Shown here in pieces: positions 54,197 to 63,647 of a stretch of DNA of 64,000 nucleotides. Both the position numbers and the translations under genes were made by a program. The stretch's first letter is position 1. Each line of letters starts with the position of its first letter. Below the pieces are notes generated by a model, which did no database searches, had not been told where the DNA came from, and worked only from the letters and a program-made list of their open reading frames with translations. The DNA lies in assembly GCA_965206125.1 (NCBI GenBank), contig CBDBIN010000045.1, forward strand, positions 772,531-836,530, read 5' to 3'. Source of the DNA: Terriglobia bacterium. Lineage in GTDB: Bacteria; Acidobacteriota; Terriglobia; 20CM-2-55-15.

Positions 54197-54405
54197 AAAA
54201 CCGCATCAAGGTACTACGCGCCGAGCGGGACTGGACTCAGGCGGAATTGGCCCGCGAACTCGAGGTGTCGCGACAGACGGTCAATGCCATTGAAACCGGC
54301 CGCTACGATCCCAGCCTGCCGCTCGCCTTTCGCATCGCAGAAATGTTTGGGCTGCCGATCGAGACGGTATTCTTTCCGGCCGGCGGAGCCAAGCAGGAGT
54401 CATAG
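54193..54405 (+). CDS. XRE-family (Cro/C1 HTH) transcriptional regulator
   Basis: The start is taken at MKNRIKVLRAERDWTQAELARELEVSRQTVNAIETGRYDPSL, a canonical HTH_XRE sequence. Confidence 0.8.
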   Translation: MKNRIKVLRAERDWTQAELARELEVSRQTVNAIETGRYDPSLPLAFRIAEMFGLPIETVFFPAGGAKQES

Positions 54406-54436
54406 GGGCGGTTTGCAAGGGTGGCCGCCGTCAGAG

Positions 54437-54956
54437 CTAGCTCGACGACGGCAGGAGCCCGCCGAACGCGTCCATGTGCCAGGCCTCGCGCATCGGGACT
54501 TCCCAGCGACCGGCGCGGAACCCACCCGCCGTGGCGACCGTGGTGTCGAAGACGATGGTGTTCTCGTCGACGGCCCCCTGCTTGGCCAGGTCGCGGAACG
54601 CCAGACGGTCCACGCGTCGGATTCCCCCGTCGGCGTGCCGGTAGAACACCAGGTTGCCCCCGCCCGCGAAATCGATACCCGCAGCCCGGCTGAACCCCTG
54701 AAGGTTCCGGACCATGCTGTCGATCGAGCAGCCCCGAGAGCCCCACCATCGATTCATCCACGCAGATGACCACGAACCGGTCGTGAAGCAACTGCCAGGT
54801 CGGCGCCACGGCCTGCTGGTGCGAATGCCACTGGGCGAGGAAGTCGGCCATGCAGTCCTGAAGTGCCTGGACCTCGTCCGCCGTCAGAGTGCGTTCGGCG
54901 CCGTAGGTCCACAGGCGGGCGGAATCGGGGAGGTCGGAGAACTGAAGTACGGGCAT
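54437..54956 (-). pseudogene. hypothetical protein with an apparent frameshift near 54730-54745 (G-run)
   Basis: The N-terminal part (ORF 54303-54956, MPVLQFSDLPDSARLW...VICVDESMVGLSG) and the C-terminal part (ORF 54437-54757, ...CSIDSMVRNLQGFSRAAGIDFAGGGNLVFYRHADGG...) join across a 1-nt frame change inside ggtggggctctcggggctgc. Confidence 0.4.
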
Positions 54957-55185
54957 GGCCTACCTTCCTATTGAATCAGAGTTAGTCGTGATGGCTCGCC
55001 TGCCCGGTCATTTCCACGTGAACTGCTCGCCACCGGGCGTCGAGGGACTTCACCTATCAAGTTAACACAGCGCTGCGGTACCTCGTCATGCAGTCCTTGC
55101 AACAGAGAATTCTAAAGTTTTTCGTTAACACTAACGTCTATTCCAATTCTGCCCCCATATTCACCCCGAGCCTCGAACCACCTGT

Positions 55186-56043
55186 TTATTTGAGTGCCGT
55201 CCATCCCATCACTGCGATAAGGGTGTAATAAATATTGTTGAGCATGTGAAATGCAATGGCCGCTTTCACAGATCCTGTTCGGGCAAATATCCAGCCCCAA
55301 GCAGCGCTAAACATAAAATACATCGGCCATAAGGCCATCGGTCCATGACCGAGTGTAAACAACAGGGAGGTTACCGTGATGGCACCCCATACCGGCATGC
55401 GCTTGGCCAGGGCCGACTGAAAATAGCCCCGAAACACCAGTTCCTCGAGAACCGGTCCCACCACGATTGCCAACACAAGAAAACCGATAATCCCATAGGC
55501 TGAACCGCTCTCCACGAAATGAGCGAACACTTCCGACGCCCCGCCAACAACGTTTACCTCGCCGAACAACGGTAAAACAACTGCTCGATAAACCCAGGTC
55601 AATAGCCGAACTGATACAAAAGTAATTGAAACCAACAGCACGGTCGGGCTGACGCCCAAACAACTGGGCCGCAACCCGATCTGCGGCCCGAAAGTTGAGC
55701 CGAATCGTCGTAAATCGAACCAAATCCAGATGAGCGTAATCGCGCCGCCGCCAAGCACAGATACGAGCCCAACAACATTGGTATCAACAGGGCCAGCGCC
55801 GTCGCTTGTGCCACCAATCAAACCAGCAATAAATGAATACCCCAGGCCTATCAACATCTGGCTACCAAACATGATTCCCAAGGCAAGGAAGCCACGTTTT
55901 ACCGTTAGCTGATAGGGGGAAGCAGAGGATGGAAGGCCACTTGGGCCTGGTGTGTTTTCTTTTGAGGCCGCATTAGGTCGAACGTCGGCTGAATCGGTCT
56001 CGGTCATAGTCCCCCTGATTGCGCTGTGTCGGAAGCCCAGCAA
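55186..56043 (-). CDS. CPBP family (CAAX/Abi) intramembrane metalloprotease
   Basis: The motifs EELVFRGYFQ and FTLGHG (EExxxR, FxxxH) lie in a multi-TM protein. Confidence 0.75.
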   Translation of the reverse strand: MLGFRHSAIRGTMTETDSADVRPNAASKENTPGPSGLPSSASPYQLTVKRGFLALGIMFGSQMLIGLGYSFIAGLIGGTSDGAGPVDTNVVGLVSVLGGGAITLIWIWFDLRRFGSTFGPQIGLRPSCLGVSPTVLLVSITFVSVRLLTWVYRAVVLPLFGEVNVVGGASEVFAHFVESGSAYGIIGFLVLAIVVGPVLEELVFRGYFQSALAKRMPVWGAITVTSLLFTLGHGPMALWPMYFMFSAAWGWIFARTGSVKAAIAFHMLNNIYYTLIAVMGWTALK

Positions 56044-56111
56044 TCACCCGCAAAAGAACAATCGTAAAGTTTGCAGCATGAAACGGTAGCGAACCACGCT
56101 ACCCTCTCCGT

Positions 56112-56963
56112 ATGGAATGGATTGAGACCTTGAATCAAATCCTGGACTTTCGCGCACTCGAAGTTGGTGGCAGCGCCATAACCGCGAAGCATATCCTCCT
56201 TTTCGCAGTCGTTCTCCTGATTACCCGCTACGCCTCCCGGACCACTCGTCGTGTTCTCAATGAGCACATTCTGAAGAGTGTGGAGCCGGCGCCGCGATAC
56301 GTCATTCTTCGAATCACTGGATACGCGGTGTGGGTGGTTGGAATCATCGTCGCGCTGGATTTTCTGAGCATCGATCTGACGGCTCTTGCAGTTGTCGCCG
56401 GCGGGCTGGGCATCGGTATAGGTTTTGGTCTGCAGAATGTCGTCTCCAACTTCGTGTCCGGACTTGTGCTTCTGCTCGAACAGCCGATCCGGATACACGA
56501 CCGCATCACGGTGGAGAATGTCGAGGGAAACGTCGTCGACATCCACTTCCGATCCACGACCATCGTCACCAACGACAACATTGCGATCATCGTCCCCAAT
56601 TCCCAGTTCATCAATCAGACCGTGACCAACTGGTCGCACGGAGATCCGACCATCAGAGTTCATGTGCCTGTGGGAGTTGCTTATGGTTCCGATGTCGAAC
56701 TGGTCACGCGGATTCTCGAAGATGTTGCTGCCAAGACGAACCATGTCCTCAAGAATCCGTCACCGGAAGTCCGGTTCAACGAGTTCGGAGATTCGTCGCT
56801 GAACTTCGAGTTGCTGGTATGGAGTGACGACCCGCCTGGACACTTGGCGCTCCGCAGTCAGCTTAACTACGCGATCGATGCCGATTTTCGGCGGCATGGT
56901 GTCGAGATTCCGTTCCCGCAGCGGGTCGTCCACATCGAGTCCGACGAAAAGACGGTCGCCTGA
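56112..56963 (+). CDS. mechanosensitive ion channel, MscS family
   Basis: 283 aa with three N-terminal TM segments and the MscS beta-domain pattern (IVPNSQFINQTVTNWSHGDPTIRVHVPVGVAYGSD). Confidence 0.85.
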   Translation: MEWIETLNQILDFRALEVGGSAITAKHILLFAVVLLITRYASRTTRRVLNEHILKSVEPAPRYVILRITGYAVWVVGIIVALDFLSIDLTALAVVAGGLGIGIGFGLQNVVSNFVSGLVLLLEQPIRIHDRITVENVEGNVVDIHFRSTTIVTNDNIAIIVPNSQFINQTVTNWSHGDPTIRVHVPVGVAYGSDVELVTRILEDVAAKTNHVLKNPSPEVRFNEFGDSSLNFELLVWSDDPPGHLALRSQLNYAIDADFRRHGVEIPFPQRVVHIESDEKTVA

Positions 56964-57141
56964 TCGAGCAGGATCCAACGCCTTATTGGTTCTCCAGGAA
57001 ATCTTCCTTCAACACCTTCCGCCCGCCAAGGGCGGTGCGGAAACTCCACAGCGCCAACACCAGCACGAAACCAAGCCCAAGGAACGCCGTGCCCGCATAC
57101 CACACCGAGAAATCAGTGGTCAGGGGTGCACGAAACAGGAG

Positions 57142-58575
57142 CTAGCGGATTCCCACGATCCCTATGATCGACTCGTAGAGCTTCACCGCATCCCATCCCA
57201 CACCGTGCCGGAAAACGATCCGGGTGTCGTGGATGTGGCCGGCCTGTTCCACGTCGCCTTCGATAACGACAAGGTCGGCGATCTTGCCGGATTCGATCGT
57301 GCCGACGTCCTCGTCGATCCCGAGGACTTTGGCCCCGTTCGCGCTCATGATCTGCACCACCTCGCTCGGAGTGAAGCCCGCTTCGAGAAGGAGTTCATAG
57401 TTGCGCTGGTCACCCAGTCCCGGCGGAGCTGCGCCATAGCCTGTCGGGTCCACGCCCGCCGCCAAAAGACCGCCGGCCTTCGAGAAGGCGTACTCGTACT
57501 CCATCGCCTTCTTGAGCAGGGCCGGACTCAGTCCCCGGCCGGAGTTGGGATCGGCGCCTCGACGTTGCTCAGAGATCTCGCGCACTTCGGCCGCAATCTC
57601 GGGAGCCAGGACCTCGAAGACCCGCTCGTCGATCGGCTCGCGCCCGGGAACCGAAATCTCGTAGACCACGAGCGTCGACGTCATCGAAACGTCGTTGTCG
57701 ATCATGTCCCGGAACGTGGCCTGGACCTCGGGCGAATCGATGTCGAGGTCCGTATAGCCGGCGCGGAAGTTGGGTGGACAGTCGTCCGGGCGCTTGTTGG
57801 GGTCGTACTCGCTGTTGGCGAAGAGGCCGTGCTCGAGGTTGTCGATCCCCAGCGAAACCGCTTCGCGATAGCCAACCGAGCAGAGGTGCGCGGTGACCTT
57901 GACACCGTTGGTATGTGCCGCCTCGATCGCTGCGGAGAGTTCCGCCCTCGAGATCCAGGTATAGGCCTTGAACCAGCTGACTCCTTCTTCGGCCCAGTAC
58001 TGGACCACGCGCCGGGCCTGCTCGGGACCCTCCAGGCGTGTCATCGTCGCTGAACCCTGTTCGCCCGTCAGGTACGGACCGGTTGTGAACATCGTCGGGC
58101 CAATGACGCGGCCGGCATCGATGTCCCGCTTGAGGTTGAGTTCTTCATAGGGCGCGCGGGCGCCTGTAGTCCGGATCGTTGTCACACCGGACGCCAGGTA
58201 CAGGCGCGAACCCGAGAACGACAACTGGGCCGCCCGACCACGGCCGCCCGTGTAGTAGCTGTGGTTGTGCAAACCGACGAGCCCGGGGATCACAGTGTGT
58301 CCGGCGAGGTCGTGGACTTCGGCGCCGGGCGGAACACGCACGTCTCCGGTCGCTCCTACAGCGGTGATCCGGTCGCCCTCAATGACGATCGTCTGCCCGT
58401 CTCTCGCCGGGGCGCCGGTCCCGTCGATCACCTTGACGTTCGTCAGGACTACCGTTGGCGCCTCGACGGCGACAAACTCCTGCAGTTGTTGCGGTCTTTG
58501 GGCTTCGGCCGCGGAGGAGAGCACCGCGGCCGCAATCGCCACAAGCACAAGAACCTTCGTAAAGCGCATCGTCAT
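57142..58575 (-). CDS. secreted amidohydrolase-family metal-dependent hydrolase
   Basis: 477 aa with a signal peptide. The N-terminal beta-sandwich (VIDGTG...VIEGDRI) is followed by GLVGLHNHSY, matching the HxH metal motif. Confidence 0.65.
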   Translation of the reverse strand: MTMRFTKVLVLVAIAAAVLSSAAEAQRPQQLQEFVAVEAPTVVLTNVKVIDGTGAPARDGQTIVIEGDRITAVGATGDVRVPPGAEVHDLAGHTVIPGLVGLHNHSYYTGGRGRAAQLSFSGSRLYLASGVTTIRTTGARAPYEELNLKRDIDAGRVIGPTMFTTGPYLTGEQGSATMTRLEGPEQARRVVQYWAEEGVSWFKAYTWISRAELSAAIEAAHTNGVKVTAHLCSVGYREAVSLGIDNLEHGLFANSEYDPNKRPDDCPPNFRAGYTDLDIDSPEVQATFRDMIDNDVSMTSTLVVYEISVPGREPIDERVFEVLAPEIAAEVREISEQRRGADPNSGRGLSPALLKKAMEYEYAFSKAGGLLAAGVDPTGYGAAPPGLGDQRNYELLLEAGFTPSEVVQIMSANGAKVLGIDEDVGTIESGKIADLVVIEGDVEQAGHIHDTRIVFRHGVGWDAVKLYESIIGIVGIR

Positions 58576-59660
58576 TGTCCTTCGACCTCCATTACAAATT
58601 TCATGCCGGATTCCAGGTGCTCCGCGATATGACAGTGGACCATCCAGCTTCCCGGGTTCGACAACTCCAGCAGTATGTCCGTCGTCGAGCCTGTGGGCAA
58701 CAAAACCGTGTCCTTCCAGACCAGGTTGTCGTTCGCCACTCCGTTCTGCTCCAGGACCAGGAAACGCTGGCCGTGGATGTGGAGCGGGTGCTGCATTGCA
58801 TGGAACGAGTCCCGTTCGTTGACGATCCGGATCTTGACGACATCACCGACGCGGAAACTCCAGTCGATATCCATGTTGTCGGCGCCTGCAACGGGATCCC
58901 GGAGAATCCAGGCAACTTCTTCCCCGGTCGAGGCCCAATTCATCATGGGCATGGTCCCGGTCCACTCGACGGGATTGAAATAGATCCAGTCATACGCCAT
59001 GGATTGCTCGACGGGGAGCGGAAGGTCTTCCACTTCCAGCAACAGGACCAGTTCGTGGTCTACCGGTTTGTCGAACAGATGGCGGTAGGCATCGATCTCG
59101 GCGACGACCGCGGTGTGCTCGCGCACGGTTTCGAAGGTCCCCGAGTAGTCGGGATCCGTCGCGCGATCGGACACGTCGATGGTTCCCAGCGTCGTCATCT
59201 CGGGCAGGAAGACGCCCTGGCGATGGTTGATGCCCTGGACGTGGTTGACCATGAGATAACGCCCCGACTCGGGAAACCTGACTTCCACGACGTATCGTTC
59301 CGCGGGCGCAATCACCGCGTTCCGCTCGACGGCCTCGCGTTCGAAGCGGCCCACGTCGGAGCCGACCACCTTCATCGGCAGTATTGCTTCTGTCTCATCG
59401 GCATCAGGATCTTCACGTCGGAAAGACAGGTTGAAAGTGCGCGTGTTCGACGTGTTCGTGAGGAAGAGCCGGACAACCTCGCCGCGATTGACCTGGAGCG
59501 AATAGTCGGGTTCGCCGTTCACCAGGAACACGTTCCCGAAGCGGCCCATCAACATGTAGTTAGCCGACTCGTCTCCGAAGGAAAGATCACCCCTGGCACC
59601 TCGACTATCGCGATATGTATGAACCCGTTTTCCCACCCAGGTGACATTTTTATTGAACAC
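58572..59660 (-). pseudogene. CueO-like multicopper oxidase, domains 2-3 only (5'-truncated; GTG start lies inside a repeat)
   Basis: The C-terminal T1/T3 ligands HPLHIHG and HCHIAEHLESGM are present, as is a domain-2-like FLVNGEPDYSLQVNRGEVVRLFLTN. The domain-1 HxHG/HxH copper ligands and a signal peptide are absent. Only about 258 nt remain upstream before the next gene. Confidence 0.5.
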
Positions 59661-59758
59661 TTACCGTGACATTTTCATTGGACAGCAACAACAAACAGTC
59701 ACGTGTGTAGTTGTTCAATGATTCTGTCACCCATTAACTGTTCAGTGAAAATGTCACG
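59641..59758. repeat. cluster of four ~19-21-bp related motifs: two direct copies plus two inverted copies
   Basis: gtgacatttttattgaaca lies at 59641-59659 and cgtgacattttcattggacag at 59665-59685. Inverted copies tgttcaatgattctgtcac lie at 59713-59730 and ctgttcagtgaaaatgtcacg at 59738-59758. A CACGTG palindrome sits between them. Confidence 0.6.
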
Positions 59759-59918
59759 TCGGCGAACAGTGGACGGTAGGGGGATCGAACCACCGGCGCA
59801 CTGGGCGGGCCGGGTGGCACATTAGAGGCGTGGCACCCCGACCGCCTACATTGATCAGGCTTGTTGAGAGTTTTCTCTCAAACAATCCCCCAGCAGGGGC
59901 GTCCTTTCATACTGCGAC

Positions 59919-61883
59919 TTATCGGGACTCGAACGCTTCTTGTTTCCCGGAGCTCAGGATAGGCATCCGCTCCTTCTTGCCCGGGGACCACTTCAGACCA
60001 AACGTCGCCCGGATCAGGTAATGGTCGGAAGGGAAACCTATGGGCCAGGTGGTGATCAGCCTGGTTGACGTGCTCTGCAAGCTGGCACCCTTGTAGTAGA
60101 GCTGATCGATCCGTCGGCCGCTTCGATGGCTGGCTCCGGGAAACCTCTGGACATCCGGATAGCGGCTGCGAAAAGCGTCGATGAAACCGGCATCCAGCAT
60201 CGCTCGGGAAGCTATGCTGCTGCCGCCATCGGTATGCGGGACGGCATTGAAATCGCCCGCGAAGATGACCGGTGTTGCGGCTGACCCGGCGAATCTACTT
60301 TGGTGAAACTCGAACACGTCGGGGAATTGCTCCATGCCGTACCAATTTGACATGACCCACAGATCCTGCGTCTTGCTGATCGCGATCCTGGCACCGACAT
60401 TCATGAAGGGTGAATCTTCTTGAACGTACAGCTCCTTGATCGGGTACCGGCTGAGCACCGAGATATTGGCGCCCTGGTTCAGGTAGTCCCAATCAACGGT
60501 GGTCGCGAAGTAATAGCCCAGCTCCGCCGCGATGAAATCACCCGATGAGTAGGTCTCTTGCATCATCACGATGTCGACGTTTTCCCGTTCGAGGATTTGC
60601 GCGATCGCCACTCTCGAGCCCCAACCGTGTTCTTCAATGGTGAAGTGCTTACCACCATGGAAGATGTTCCAGTCGCCCGCTGTGATCGAGGTGAGCTCTT
60701 CGGCGAGTTCGGGAATAGCGGGTTTGAAGTACGCCGCGTAGGAATCCAGCACTTCCTCGGCCGACAGCACACGACCCCAGATCGCCAGGTTGTCGATGTC
60801 GAAATCGGTCGGATACAACCGCTCGCGTTCGGTGAACGCTCGGGCGGCTCGATCGTCGATGGTCACCTCGCCATTCACCAGGGAAAAGATCTTCAGTAGC
60901 GGCGCAGCCTCCATGAAGCTGAACGCCTGGTGGGTTGTGTAAGGGCTTTGCATCAATTCAGATTCGATCTCGGAAACCCTCTCGAAGTCGACGGCTCGCA
61001 TCGATTCGATAAAAGCTGCCCCGTCCGCACCAAGAGCCTCGGCTCGTTGACTCACTTTCTCGTCGAATAACCGTCGGGGTTCGACGATCAGGTTTACGAA
61101 CTCCCCGGGTTCGACTTCGCTCAAACCGAGGGTGTTGAACGCGTCGACCATCTCCTGCAGCTTCCTGGCCCCTCGGTAGATCGCCGGGACAATCTCCGGC
61201 TGCGGACTCGCCTCCGTTGCTGCCCACCCGACAACCAGCGGTTGGCTACTGATAAAATCGAATCCGGTGGAATCTTCTACGTTGTAGACCACCTTGTTGT
61301 CCCCGTCGTAAAACAACCGAACTTCCGAGAGTGCGCTGTCGTAGGTCATGGTGAGCTGATGCCATCTCCCGTCGTTGAGTGGCATGCGCCCGCCGTTGTC
61401 GCGCTCATAAGTAATCCGCCGCGCGCCTGAACCCATGTTCCAGGCCCAGGTGCCGTCGGAGATGTAGAACACCCAACCCGATTGCTTTTGCGAAGCGAGG
61501 CTATTGTCCTCGAACACTTTCTGCGAAAGCATGACCATTCGCGATTCGGGCCCCACTGTCGTCCTCAGCCAGTACTGAACCGAAAAGTCCTCGCTTCGAT
61601 CGAACGGCAGGTTGGCGCGTTGAAGTGTCAGAGTCGCCGCAGTGTCGCCGGAGGTCAGACTCAATGCCAGACCCTCGAGGCCCTCGACGAACGAGGCGGT
61701 TTCGCGGATCGATCCACTGACCGACGTTCCGGCCGTGTTGTCGACGTTGCCGTCGAACGTGAAGTGCGCGATACGCTCGATTCCTCTGAGCGGCGGCGCT
61801 TGCCGAGATTGCGCGTACAGGCCCCCGCCGGGCAGAAGGAGACCGCCAATGAGCGAGACTACGGTCCAGGTTACGAGACGCAT
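59919..61883 (-). CDS. secreted LamG-like (concanavalin-type) domain plus endonuclease/exonuclease/phosphatase (EEP) domain protein
   Basis: 654 aa with a signal peptide. The N-terminal laminin-G-like motif is DGRWHQLTMTYDSALSEVRLFYDG. The C-terminal EEP motifs are GDFNAVPH and SDHYLIRATF. Confidence 0.6.
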   Translation of the reverse strand: MRLVTWTVVSLIGGLLLPGGGLYAQSRQAPPLRGIERIAHFTFDGNVDNTAGTSVSGSIRETASFVEGLEGLALSLTSGDTAATLTLQRANLPFDRSEDFSVQYWLRTTVGPESRMVMLSQKVFEDNSLASQKQSGWVFYISDGTWAWNMGSGARRITYERDNGGRMPLNDGRWHQLTMTYDSALSEVRLFYDGDNKVVYNVEDSTGFDFISSQPLVVGWAATEASPQPEIVPAIYRGARKLQEMVDAFNTLGLSEVEPGEFVNLIVEPRRLFDEKVSQRAEALGADGAAFIESMRAVDFERVSEIESELMQSPYTTHQAFSFMEAAPLLKIFSLVNGEVTIDDRAARAFTERERLYPTDFDIDNLAIWGRVLSAEEVLDSYAAYFKPAIPELAEELTSITAGDWNIFHGGKHFTIEEHGWGSRVAIAQILERENVDIVMMQETYSSGDFIAAELGYYFATTVDWDYLNQGANISVLSRYPIKELYVQEDSPFMNVGARIAISKTQDLWVMSNWYGMEQFPDVFEFHQSRFAGSAATPVIFAGDFNAVPHTDGGSSIASRAMLDAGFIDAFRSRYPDVQRFPGASHRSGRRIDQLYYKGASLQSTSTRLITTWPIGFPSDHYLIRATFGLKWSPGKKERMPILSSGKQEAFESR

Positions 61884-62092
61884 GGGTCAATCGTAGGCAT
61901 TGACTACCGGCCGAGTCAACGGCGTTGGTGCATGGATCGTAGGCTTGAGGTCGATCAAGGGTCCAGCTCTCCCAGGGTGGTCTGGGTTTTGCGGGTGCTG
62001 GCACGCATCGGCGTGATGGTCGGACGTGTAGTGCATGAGTTTGGACATAGACTTGCGTCAGCCTCCCGGATGGCGACCCGTCGGTTCCCGAA

Positions 62093-63154
62093 TCACCGCC
62101 TCTTGTCGTCTTTCTTGATGCGCCGCACCATCTTTGAAAAGCGACGCTCGTGGGCTCTCAGCTTGTGTGATTCTGCCTGCCGATTCTGGTGACTCTCCAG
62201 TTCCTTTCTCATCTTCATGAAGCTCGCATAACGATCGGACGCGACGCGCCCCTGTTCTAAACCGGCCAGGACCGCGCAATCGGGCTCCGTTTCGTGTCTG
62301 CAATCTCGAAAGCGGCAATGTGGGGCCAATGCCACAATTTCAGGAAAAGTCTCACACAGACGACCCGGGTCGCCCAACAGTTGCAGCTCCCGCAGTCCAG
62401 GCGTGTCGATGATGGCTCCGCCCCCGGACAGAGCGAACAGTTCGCGTCGCGTCGTGATGTGCCGTCCTCTGGAGTCGGCCTCCCGAACCGAACCGACGCG
62501 CTGGAAATCCACACCGAGAATCCGGTTGGCCAGCGTCGATTTGCCCGCTCCGGAAGAACCGACGAACGCAGCCGTTTGTCCGGCCGCCCAATAACGACTG
62601 AGCACCTCGACCCCGGTTCCTCGATACGCGCTGATCGTGTGGACGTCGGCGCTGCCCGCAAACTCTTCGGCGCGCCGAATTGCATCGTCAACTTCGGCAC
62701 ACAGGTCCACCTTGTTGAGCACGACTACCGGAGACGCCCCACTTTCCCAGATAAGCGAAAGATAGCGCTCCAGGCGGCGCACATTGAAGTCCCCATCCAG
62801 CCCTGTCACGACCAGGATGGTGTCCACGTTGGCTGCCAACGACTGCTCTTCCACCCGAAGTCCGGCAGCCTGGCGGGACAGACAGCTCTTGCGGGGCAGC
62901 ACCGCATCGATGATGAATCGGTCCTCATGTGGCCGCACAGCGACCCAGTCGCCGATAACGGGAAACTCCGAGACTGAGGCGACGCGATAACGCATGCGGC
63001 CCGGAACGGATGCCCGCACCTCACCCCGACGGCCGATCACGCTGTAGAACTCCCGGTCATGGCGGTTAATCCGAGCCGGCTCCAGCGAGGGATCGTCCAA
63101 CTCCGTCAAGTGAAAATCAAGCGCCACGCTCCATCCGATGTCCTCTAACTTCAT
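62093..63154 (-). CDS. rsgA: ribosome small-subunit-dependent GTPase A
   Basis: The start is taken at MKLEDIGW, which follows a GGAG RBS. The motifs VVLNKVDL, P-loop GSSGAGKSTLAN and zinc-finger CRFRDCRHETEPDCAV are present. Confidence 0.85.
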   Translation of the reverse strand: MKLEDIGWSVALDFHLTELDDPSLEPARINRHDREFYSVIGRRGEVRASVPGRMRYRVASVSEFPVIGDWVAVRPHEDRFIIDAVLPRKSCLSRQAAGLRVEEQSLAANVDTILVVTGLDGDFNVRRLERYLSLIWESGASPVVVLNKVDLCAEVDDAIRRAEEFAGSADVHTISAYRGTGVEVLSRYWAAGQTAAFVGSSGAGKSTLANRILGVDFQRVGSVREADSRGRHITTRRELFALSGGGAIIDTPGLRELQLLGDPGRLCETFPEIVALAPHCRFRDCRHETEPDCAVLAGLEQGRVASDRYASFMKMRKELESHQNRQAESHKLRAHERRFSKMVRRIKKDDKRR

Positions 63155-63647
63155 AGCGAACTCCGTTCTGTTTGTGACAGCGGACGTCCAAGCGAACGCA
63201 CGCCGACCACCGATCAAATCTTTGTAGGGGAAGGAGTTATGGGACGGGATCCGCAGGGCGCACAACTCTGTTTGCGACGATAGAGCGACCGCTTAAAGGA
63301 TTCCCGTCTTAGAGGACAAGGGCTGACATAAAAGTCTCTTCGAGGCCATCGAGCCTCAGCAGGAGCGTAGCACGATCCCGAGGATCGGACGGGAGATGTT
63401 TTTAGTCAGTCGGCTGGTGAGAGTTGGCACCCTTCCGATACTGCGACTTTACAGTCATGTGGATTGAGACGCCTTTCGATACGCAGACTGCCGAGCGAAT
63501 CGGAGAGTTTGCGAAGGGCAGCCTGGCTAACGCTCAGCATCAGCGGCGGCGCGGAGCGCGGTCCGTTGTTCACCTGTAGACGAGCCTTGTGCCATCGGTG
63601 AAACCTATCCGAAACCGCACCTTGCCGTTGTGCTCGGCTGGATCGGT

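Noticed and set aside
59777-59860. Possible tRNA on the minus strand, suggested by the GGTTCGATCC T-loop-like sequence followed by ACCGTCCA.
   Set aside because: A cloverleaf could not be built. There is no 5' acceptor strand complementary to ACCGTCC, the T-stem has a mismatch and there is no anticodon arm. It is treated only as a T-arm-like remnant.
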